A stretch of 64,000 nt of DNA, taken from Bacteroidia bacterium (GTDB lineage Bacteria > Bacteroidota > Bacteroidia > JAIBAJ01). This document shows positions 1-7,063 of this stretch, piece after piece (the first letter of the stretch is position 1; the number at the start of each line of letters is the position of its first letter). Below the pieces are notes generated by a model, which did no database searches, had not been told where the DNA came from, and saw only the letters and a list, made by a program, of their open reading frames with translations. The stretch lies in contig JAIBAJ010000004.1 of NCBI GenBank assembly GCA_019695265.1, positions 402 through 64,401 on the forward strand. The letters run 5' to 3'. A program made the position numbers and the translations under genes.

Positions 1-1
1 A

Positions 2-1171
2 GATGGGGTTGCAGAAAACCAAGGAATGGGCAATTACTGGCTTGGTACCGATACTTTTCCATTGCAATCGCCTTGGGTAACTAATGTTAAGTGCTACTTG
101 CATCCGGATGGTTCATTCGATTTACCTTCTCAAGTGAATCCACCTAGCAATGTTGAAGATCAGTTTAATATTTATGTACATGATCCGGATGATCCTTTGA
201 GAACTTGTGGAGGCGGAAATATGATTGAGCAAACCCCGGATGGAACCAGGGATAGCCAAGGTCAAATGGATTTTACTTCCGATCAAAATAGACCTTTTTG
301 TTTAGATCGTCCTGGAATTTTGGCGTATACTTCACCTGAAGTGCAAGATTCATTGTGTATTATAGGTTTTCCAACCGCGACTATTTATGCAAAATCCAAC
401 CCTGGAGGGGCAAATACCGGCGACCCAACTGATACCGATTTCTTCGTTCGAGTTTTGGATGTTTATCCGGATGGAAGAGAGTTTTTTGTTGCAGAAGGTG
501 GCGTAAATGCCCGTGCCAGAGAATATGTAAGAGGATTGGTTGAACATCCTGAATGGGATCAAGAAATTCCTTACCCTATCGATACCATACCATTTTCTAA
601 TATTGAAACAGGAAAAATTTACGAATACAAATTCAAAATGCTTCCACTTGGTTATACCTGGGGAAAAGGGCATAAGATGAAAATACTTATCAGCAGTAGC
701 AATTTTGACCGTTTCCAAGTTAATCCTAACATACCGATGAATGATGGAGAGTTTTTCCGTCGCAAACCGGGTGATGGACAAACTTATACTTACCAAGGGG
801 TGGAATATTCGCCAAGAGTAGCTGTACAACGAATTGCATTTTCTGCAGAACATCCTTGTAACATCGAATTTCCGGTTTATACCCAACAATATGTTAATGT
901 ACCTGATCTTTCTAATAACCACAATACCGGATTGGATGCCTTGGTATATCCAAACCCTACTGCAGGTGATTTGAGTATTTTTCCTACAAAACCGGGAAAA
1001 TATCAGGTAACTATTCTCTCCATTACAGGGACAGTAGTTGCTAAGCTCGATAATCAAACGGAAGAAACTATTCGTTTAGATGCATCTAAGCTTGGAGCAG
1101 GAATTTATTTGATTGAAATTGCCAATCAAGTAAATGGGGAAAGAATCGTTAAAAAGTTTACTAAAGAATAA
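2..1171 (+). CDS. C-terminal part of a CocE/NonD-type (X-Pro dipeptidyl-peptidase C-terminal domain-like) hydrolase with a T9SS type A sorting domain; 5' end cut by the window edge
   Basis: The frame is open from base 2, so the listed ORF 26..1171 starts only at the first in-window Met. The stretch VLDVYPDGREFFVAEGGVNARAREY resembles the beta-sandwich C-domain of this family. The C-terminus LVYPNPTAGDLSIF...GIYLIEI...KKFTKE is a typical T9SS CTD. Confidence 0.55.
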   Translation, partial: DGVAENQGMGNYWLGTDTFPLQSPWVTNVKCYLHPDGSFDLPSQVNPPSNVEDQFNIYVHDPDDPLRTCGGGNMIEQTPDGTRDSQGQMDFTSDQNRPFCLDRPGILAYTSPEVQDSLCIIGFPTATIYAKSNPGGANTGDPTDTDFFVRVLDVYPDGREFFVAEGGVNARAREYVRGLVEHPEWDQEIPYPIDTIPFSNIETGKIYEYKFKMLPLGYTWGKGHKMKILISSSNFDRFQVNPNIPMNDGEFFRRKPGDGQTYTYQGVEYSPRVAVQRIAFSAEHPCNIEFPVYTQQYVNVPDLSNNHNTGLDALVYPNPTAGDLSIFPTKPGKYQVTILSITGTVVAKLDNQTEETIRLDASKLGAGIYLIEIANQVNGERIVKKFTKE

Positions 1172-1188
1172 TGTAAATGAAAAACTAA

Positions 1189-1224
1189 GAAAGGGTCATC
1201 TTATGATGGCCTTTTCTTGTTTTA
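1189..1224 (+). terminator. Rho-independent terminator after the hydrolase gene
   Basis: Stem GGTCATC (1194-1200) pairs with GATGGCC (1205-1211), including one G:U, around loop TTAT. It is extended by AGAAAG/CTTTTCT pairing and followed by a T-rich run (1212-1224). Confidence 0.6.
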
Positions 1225-1327
1225 TGAAGGTTGGGTCAGTAGAAATATAGTGGAAAATAAAATGAACTATTCCTTGTTCACCCATTAAATTTAGGTTATT
1301 TTGGCAGCCTAAACACCATCAATACTT

Positions 1328-2566
1328 ATGGATAAATTTACAGGAATAATTGGAGTAGTTTTAATTCTTGGAATTGCATTTGCCCTTTCCAATAACAAAA
1401 CAAAAATTAATTACCGATTGGTTCTTTCCGGTTTATTAATTCAAGTGGTTTTAGCCATTTTTATTTTAAAAGTGCCAATAGGAAAAGAGATTTTTGGATG
1501 GATAGGAAAGGCAGTTACTAAATTGTTAGCCTTTTCTGATAAAGGTGCCGATTTTGTTTTTGGGGCTTTGGTAAATCATGATTTTATGGAAAAGGCTTTT
1601 GGCCAGGGGAATAGTTTCATTTTCTTCTTTAAAATTATACCAACCATCATTTTTGTGGCTGTTTTGGTTAACATAGCCTATCATATAGGTTTAATGCAAA
1701 GAGTCGTAGCAGTTATGGCTAAAGGCGTGCATTTTCTTATGGGTGTGAGTGGTAGTGAAGCTTTGAGCAATGTAGCTTCAGCATTTGTAGGACAGGTGGA
1801 AGCCCAAATTATGATTAAGCCTTATTTGAAAGGCATGACCAAAAGTGAACTGTTAGCCAGCATGGCAGGTAGCATGGCCTGTATTGCAGGTGGAGTAATG
1901 GCCGTTTATATTTCACTGGGGGTTCCTGCCGAATATCTGCTGGCAGCCAGTTTAATGGCAGCACCCGGTTCTTTGGTAATTTCTAAGATTATTTTTCCTG
2001 AAACTGAACAAAGTGAAACCCAAGGTACGGTTCAACTGGAAGTTCAAAAAGCTCACTCCAATTTATTAGATGCTATTTCAGCCGGTGCAAGTGAAGGATT
2101 AAAAGTTGGATTGAATGTTATTGCTATGTTAATTGGATTTATTGCCCTAATTGCTTTGGTAGATTATATTTTAGGAATTACGGGTGGATGGATGAATTAT
2201 CCAAATCTAAGTTTGAAAACAATTTTAGGATTTATTTTTTCCGGGTTTGCCTGGTGTATGGGTGTTCCATACAAAGATATTTTTGCTGCTGGGGAATTGA
2301 TGGGTACTAAAATGGTAATCAATGAATTCGTAGCCTATATCGATCTTTCCAAAGTGAAAAGCTCCTTAGATTCTAAAACCTTGGTTATTACTAGTTTCGC
2401 TTTGTGCGGATTTGCAAATTTTAGTTCCATAGCCATTCAGGTGGGTGGAATTGGTGAATTAGCTCCTTCCAGAAGAAAAGACTTGGCTTCTTTGGGTGTT
2501 AAAGCCTTAATTGCCGGTACCTTAGCTTCTTACCTTTCTGCAACCTTGGCCGGTATGTTAATGTAA
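1328..2566 (+). CDS. nupC: NupC/NupG-family concentrative nucleoside transporter
   Basis: 412 aa polytopic membrane protein. The N-terminus MDKFTGIIGVVLILGIAFALSNNKTKINYRLV and the overall layout are typical of CNT/NupC transporters. Confidence 0.8.
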   Translation: MDKFTGIIGVVLILGIAFALSNNKTKINYRLVLSGLLIQVVLAIFILKVPIGKEIFGWIGKAVTKLLAFSDKGADFVFGALVNHDFMEKAFGQGNSFIFFFKIIPTIIFVAVLVNIAYHIGLMQRVVAVMAKGVHFLMGVSGSEALSNVASAFVGQVEAQIMIKPYLKGMTKSELLASMAGSMACIAGGVMAVYISLGVPAEYLLAASLMAAPGSLVISKIIFPETEQSETQGTVQLEVQKAHSNLLDAISAGASEGLKVGLNVIAMLIGFIALIALVDYILGITGGWMNYPNLSLKTILGFIFSGFAWCMGVPYKDIFAAGELMGTKMVINEFVAYIDLSKVKSSLDSKTLVITSFALCGFANFSSIAIQVGGIGELAPSRRKDLASLGVKALIAGTLASYLSATLAGMLM

Positions 2567-2573
2567 TAATTCC

Positions 2574-3398
2574 ATGCGATTTATTCCACTTGGACTTTGC
2601 TTTCTGGCAGTTGTGTTCATTTCATTTACACATCCGCAAGGGAAAAGTACTGGCGCACCGGCCTCTAGCACTGGTGCCCCGGATGAATTTACCTGCAACA
2701 TCTCCGGTTGTCACGACGATGCCCTTACCAACCAAGGAGATGCTCAGCTGTATTTAACTTGTTCCGACTTTCAACAAGGTTTGATTCCAGGGAAAACCTA
2801 TTCTATTATCTGTTCAATTTCAAAAAGAAATACACAACGTTTCGGTTTCCAATTAGTAGCTTTGGATGAAGCAGGAAATCAAGCCGGTAAATTTGATTTG
2901 CTTGAATCAAATAGAACCCAAATCCTTTACAATGATGCTTCGCTTAAAGACCGACAATATGTAACTTATACCTACCCCGGAACAAAAGCTGTGGCTGAAG
3001 ATTTAGGTCAGTGGACGGTTTATTGGACCGCTCCTAAACACATTGCCGGGAAAGTAAGTTTTTACTTAGCAGGGGTTGCAGCCAATGACGATGCCAGTGA
3101 TAAAGGTGATGAGGTTTACACATTTCAAAAACATGTACTTCCTGGTAATTCAATTGAACTGCTTGCTTTCCCAAACCCATTTCGTAATACCTTGACCATT
3201 CAGTGGCCCTTTACTCAAATCCAAGCTTCCCTAAAAATATGGAATAAGGAAGGTGTTTTGGTGTTTGAAAAGGAAATCCCAAATGCCTTAGGACAAAGCC
3301 AAACCTTGGAAGAAATGAATCAGTTGGCTTCGGGAATCTATTTTCTAGAGTTGAGTTCAGGTTCATTTCAGGCAAGTCAAAAATTGATTAAAGAATGA
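2574..3398 (+). CDS. Secreted reeler-like domain protein with a conserved TGAPxExTC-x4-CH motif and a T9SS type A CTD (paralog 1)
   Basis: Signal peptide present. Motifs STGAPDEFTCNISGCHDD and RFGFQLVAL resemble the GAP..C...H / FxGF pattern of reeler domains. The C-terminus LLAFPNPFRNTLTIQW...GIYFLEL is a T9SS CTD. Confidence 0.55.
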   Translation: MRFIPLGLCFLAVVFISFTHPQGKSTGAPASSTGAPDEFTCNISGCHDDALTNQGDAQLYLTCSDFQQGLIPGKTYSIICSISKRNTQRFGFQLVALDEAGNQAGKFDLLESNRTQILYNDASLKDRQYVTYTYPGTKAVAEDLGQWTVYWTAPKHIAGKVSFYLAGVAANDDASDKGDEVYTFQKHVLPGNSIELLAFPNPFRNTLTIQWPFTQIQASLKIWNKEGVLVFEKEIPNALGQSQTLEEMNQLASGIYFLELSSGSFQASQKLIKE

Positions 3399-4237
3399 GA
3401 AAGAATTTAAGCTTAGTTTCGGTATGCCTGGTTTTGATTTCAATCGGACTAATGCTTTCTTCCTTTATTCCCAAAACGTCAGGATCTCATATTTCATGTA
3501 CCGGTGCGCCCGGTGAATTAACTTGTAAACAAGCAGGATGCCATGCAGATGCAACTATTGAAGATGATACTTTAACCAATGAACTAGTCTTTGGAAATCA
3601 TCAGAATTTCTACATTCCCGGGCAAACTTATTCCATCCAAATAAAGGTTAGGAAGCCCGGACATGATAAGTTTGGATTTCAAATTGTTGCGCTATCTGAA
3701 CAAGATGAAACAAATGCAGGTACCATTCAGGTTACCGATCCTGTTAGAACTCAGTTGCAAGATAATGCAACTCCTCCCATCGAAGATCGCCGATATTTGA
3801 CTCATACAGCAAATGGTACCATTGCTTCTCCTGCTGATTCCATTTCCTGGACCTTCGATTGGACGGCTCCAAGCGTTGATGTTGGACCTATTGTATTTTA
3901 CTATGCCACTAACTGTACCAATCATAACAATCAAAATACGGGTGATGAATTACATCTTTCAACTTATAGAATTACAAGTCAGGGAAGCGGTTTAGATGAC
4001 TATGCCAATTCCATCAGAACATACTATGACCCCATAAAGAAAATGCTTTTTACTTTCGGATTACCTCCGAGCAATGGTACTGCCACCATTTTTAATTCGG
4101 AAGGTCAAACCATAATTCAATTAAGTTTGAAAGGGAGTGCTGATGAAATCTTTCACTTACCTCTACTCAACGGAATTTACTTTATACATTTTAAATGGAA
4201 TCAAAAGGAAGCGATTAAACGGGTCGTTTCCTTCTGA
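3395..4237 (+). CDS. Secreted reeler-like domain protein with a CX4CH motif and a T9SS-like CTD (paralog 2)
   Basis: ATGA start/stop overlap with the upstream paralog. Same motifs are present: CTGAPGELTCKQAGCHAD and KFGFQIVAL. The C-terminal NGIYFIHF block is CTD-like. Confidence 0.55.
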   Translation: MRKNLSLVSVCLVLISIGLMLSSFIPKTSGSHISCTGAPGELTCKQAGCHADATIEDDTLTNELVFGNHQNFYIPGQTYSIQIKVRKPGHDKFGFQIVALSEQDETNAGTIQVTDPVRTQLQDNATPPIEDRRYLTHTANGTIASPADSISWTFDWTAPSVDVGPIVFYYATNCTNHNNQNTGDELHLSTYRITSQGSGLDDYANSIRTYYDPIKKMLFTFGLPPSNGTATIFNSEGQTIIQLSLKGSADEIFHLPLLNGIYFIHFKWNQKEAIKRVVSF

Positions 4238-4243
4238 ATTACA

Positions 4244-4297
4244 CCATGGTAGTCTTAGAAAAATAGTTCAGAAACTATTTTTCCAAGACTACCATGG
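4244..4297. terminator. 25-bp near-perfect inverted repeat hairpin between convergent genes; probable bidirectional terminator or RNA-stability hairpin
   Basis: Arms 4244-4268 (CCATGGTAGTCTTAGAAAAATAGTT) and 4273-4297 (AACTATTTTTCCAAGACTACCATGG) pair at 24 of 25 positions around a 4-nt loop. The 3' arm covers the last seven codons and the stop of acpS. Confidence 0.55.
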
Positions 4298-4649
4298 CAA
4301 TGGCAGTTTCTTTGATATGACTTAAACTTACATGAGTTTTCTGAACTCCCATGGATTCGGCCTTTTTTAGTGTTTCCCCATGAAGGAACAGATGAGGTTT
4401 TCCTAATTCATCTAATCGGATTTCAATTTCATGCCAAGCCATTCCTTCTCTCCAACCGGTTCCCAAAGCTTTAAATAAGGCCTCCTTCGCTGCAAACCTG
4501 GCTGCAAAACTTTCTGCATAGTTCTTTTGGGAGTTGCAATAAGTAATTTCGCCTGAATGAAAAAAGCGTTGTTGAGTAATTTCGCCTTTGTCAACCAAAG
4601 ATTTTACTCTTTCCACTTCAATCATGTCTATGCCTGTTCCGAGAATCAT
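4275..4649 (-). CDS. acpS: Holo-[acyl-carrier-protein] synthase
   Basis: MILGTGIDMIEVERV... matches the canonical AcpS N-terminus (GxGxDxxEixR). I chose the ATG at 4649 over the GTG at 4664. Length is about 124 aa. Confidence 0.85.
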   Translation of the reverse strand: MILGTGIDMIEVERVKSLVDKGEITQQRFFHSGEITYCNSQKNYAESFAARFAAKEALFKALGTGWREGMAWHEIEIRLDELGKPHLFLHGETLKKAESMGVQKTHVSLSHIKETAIAMVVLEK

Positions 4650-4729
4650 GAAAAATATTTCCACAAAGAAAGGAAATTTTAACCTTATACCATTCGGATT
4701 AGCATGATAAGCTTGGAGTGATTGGCTTG

Positions 4730-6082
4730 TTAAACTTTTTCAAGAACCAAATCTTCACCCACCAAATCTTCATCCACCAGGTTAAGTTGTTTTTCTGCTT
4801 GAAACCTACCGGAATCCATTAGGTCTATTTCGCTTACAACCTGATATGCCGCACTGGCGATGCCATCAAATTTATAATCTCCTTCAGAATTGGTGTAGGA
4901 GGTAAATAGAACCTCTTTGGATGGAAGTTTGACCAATTTTACAACCCCTTTAAGCAAGAAATCCTGTATTTGTCTTCTTTCCAATTCTAAATCCTCTTGA
5001 GCTTTGGCAATCAATTCAGGATTTGGTTCTGAAGCGGATTCCAGTTCTGCCAATTTGTTTTCGGCTTCAGTAACTTTAGTAAGGCACTCGTCAGGTAAAC
5101 TAATTTTTCCGGAGATGCTATAAACCATTTCTTCCTTTTTATCGGTACCAAAAGGCAAGAGGATGTCTTTAATGCGATTTAATAAATCCATCATTCTTCC
5201 GCTGAAAAAGCCTAGTAGAAATGAAATAGCAACGGTTGATTCTGTTTTAGCCGTGCTGGCACCGGAGCTTGATTCCGTTAGCATATCATAGCAGAGATAA
5301 ATTACTACTGCGCAAGGTGGTGAATACAATAACTTGCCCACATGAACATAAATTTCCTTTTTATTGAATTCAGCCTTTCTCAATCGCTCGCTGGTGTTAT
5401 AAATCAAGTTGCAGAAAACCCCAATTAGACACCAAAAAAAGATTTCCATAAATACCCAATTGCCAAAAAGGTAAAAATTGGAAGTAGTTTTAACCTGGTA
5501 TTTTGGTAGTAATTTCTTCAATTCAACCGGGTTTGCACTTGACAGGATTTTATTCAAATCCGAATGGAGAAATTCAGGATCAATGTTGGAAAATGTATTG
5601 GAATAATAGGCTTGAATGAAATTAATGAAGTCTTCTTTAGATTCTTGGGCATCATCCCTTTTTTCATTCCAATAGATTAGTTGTTTTGCCAAGGCAATGG
5701 TATCCTTTTTTACCTTTTCAACATTCCAAGCACGTAACTCGCTATCTAAGGAATCTATTTTATAGTTGGTAAGCCGGTAGGCATTTTCTCTTTCTTCTAA
5801 CACATCGAGGTAGGAGTTTAATTCGGTAACTTGGCTAACATCCAACTGCACCAACTTTATTTTACCGGTTTCAATTAAAGGTAATACCTTGACACCTCCA
5901 ATGGTTAAAGGCATTTCCAAGTGCAAAATGCCGTAACAAATTAAGGTTGCTAACAAGCTAAATCCCATATAAACCATCCATTTATAGCCTGCCCTTGCCT
6001 GATCTAAGGGTTCTAGTTTGTCAAATAAACTTGGAAATATTCTCTTGGTTTGAGTTTTTCCCGGGTCAGCACTTGTTGCCAT
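4730..6082 (-). CDS. Multi-pass membrane protein of unknown function with a coiled-coil region and a C-terminal carboxypeptidase-regulatory/Ig-like domain
   Basis: Hydrophobic segments: WMVYMGFSLLATLICYGILHL, WVFMEIFFWCLIGVFCNLIY, CAVVIYLCY, VAISFLLGFFSG. The C-terminus has a GKISLPD...TNSEGDYKFDGI pattern. I recognise no family. Confidence 0.5.
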   Translation of the reverse strand: MATSADPGKTQTKRIFPSLFDKLEPLDQARAGYKWMVYMGFSLLATLICYGILHLEMPLTIGGVKVLPLIETGKIKLVQLDVSQVTELNSYLDVLEERENAYRLTNYKIDSLDSELRAWNVEKVKKDTIALAKQLIYWNEKRDDAQESKEDFINFIQAYYSNTFSNIDPEFLHSDLNKILSSANPVELKKLLPKYQVKTTSNFYLFGNWVFMEIFFWCLIGVFCNLIYNTSERLRKAEFNKKEIYVHVGKLLYSPPCAVVIYLCYDMLTESSSGASTAKTESTVAISFLLGFFSGRMMDLLNRIKDILLPFGTDKKEEMVYSISGKISLPDECLTKVTEAENKLAELESASEPNPELIAKAQEDLELERRQIQDFLLKGVVKLVKLPSKEVLFTSYTNSEGDYKFDGIASAAYQVVSEIDLMDSGRFQAEKQLNLVDEDLVGEDLVLEKV

Positions 6083-6154
6083 AGTTTTATTAAAGGTATT
6101 GGTGTTTAGATGAAAGGTTAATTGTTTATTTCAAGAAAAAGGAATACCTGCTTA

Positions 6155-6691
6155 TCACACATTGTAATATTTCAAGGTTCCGGATACCAACAAATCTCGT
6201 TCACTCATTCGTCTGTAGGTAAGTCCCTTTAATTCTACCTTAACACCATTTACAGTTCCTTTATTCCATAATAGAAGCTTATCTCCGGCTAATTTAATAT
6301 CTCCTTTATTGATGGCAACCAAGGCGCTGGAAGATTTGAATGCAGCCACGCCAACATTGTAAGAAAATGCCACCAAGGCACCAATCTGGTCATCGTTTAA
6401 TGTTCCCGGAACCAATTTCCGAACCTCAATTTCATAGGTTGATAAATCCCTTTTTAGTAAATCTTCTGCTTGCTGTAAGTTAAAATCAGGAAACAATTCC
6501 TCTGCTCTTTTTTTGTTTGCAGCTTCTTTCACAAACCTTCCGCTGATTGGGTCAAAAATGGCATGTCCCCAACCAATTGTCCAAATTCCTAATGGGTCCA
6601 TTTTGGGTTGAATGCCAATTTTGCTGAGGTCTCCATCGTGTAAACTCTCATAATGTTTTATTAAATCGATTGATTTTTGAGAAATAGCCAT
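6155..6691 (-). CDS. GH24 phage-type (T4-like) lysozyme with no signal peptide
   Basis: IDLIKHYESLHDGD...GIWTIGWGH carries the Glu/Asp/Thr catalytic pattern of GH24 lysozymes. 178 aa. The N-terminus is hydrophilic. Confidence 0.8.
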   Translation of the reverse strand: MAISQKSIDLIKHYESLHDGDLSKIGIQPKMDPLGIWTIGWGHAIFDPISGRFVKEAANKKRAEELFPDFNLQQAEDLLKRDLSTYEIEVRKLVPGTLNDDQIGALVAFSYNVGVAAFKSSSALVAINKGDIKLAGDKLLLWNKGTVNGVKVELKGLTYRRMSERDLLVSGTLKYYNV

Positions 6692-6728
6692 TGGTTTGAA
6701 TGTTTGGGTTTGATAGATGTTGAATGGT

Positions 6729-6736
6729 CAAATATA
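6729..6736 (-). promoter_or_regulatory. Bacteroidota sigma-A -7 box (TATATTTG) for the lysozyme operon
   Basis: Exact TAnnTTTG on the minus strand, about 38 nt upstream of the ATG at 6691. Confidence 0.45.
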
Positions 6737-7063
6737 GTTTTTTACAGTATGTATTATTGTAACAGTATAAATTTTTATCATTAGAAGATTAAATTTTATC
6801 CAATTTTTAGTATTAATTGTCTTATAATATTGAAATAGATTAAAGCGAGTTATATTTTTTGAAACAAAAAAGTTGATTCCGGAAGTATTGAATTGAAATT
6901 TCAATTTGCATTTTTTCCTCCGCCTAATGAATCAGCAGGAGGATGCTTTATTTCTTGAACCTGGTAATTTCTATACCTTTATTTAACCAAATAAAAATAC
7001 CCTGTCGTTTATCGAAACCTTATTGTGCTATTGGAGGTACAAGGTGGAAGTTTCCACCAATTT

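Noticed and set aside
350-1057. A 235-aa minus-strand ORF inside the first gene
   Set aside because: It lies antisense to a gene with recognisable domain and T9SS CTD similarity. Its composition is odd (Cys/Ile/Arg-rich) and it resembles nothing known.
4137-4325. The 62-aa ORF spanning the convergent gene junction
   Set aside because: It overlaps the end of the reeler-like gene, the 25-bp hairpin and the acpS 3' end. It is explained by those features.
6155-6691. The lysozyme as a marker of a prophage or phage remnant
   Set aside because: No other phage-like genes (integrase, terminase, capsid, tail, small holin) occur within at least 6 kb on either side. Its neighbours are acpS and an S8 peptidase, and it has a host-type promoter box. 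I kept it as a finding about the operon only.
6891-6906. A perfect 16-bp palindrome AATTGAAATTTCAATT in the divergent lysozyme / S8 peptidase promoter region, as a possible operator
   Set aside because: In AT-rich DNA of this length, a few 8+8 palindromes are expected by chance. No second copy or half-site repeat was seen. It would be worth revisiting only if it is conserved in relatives.
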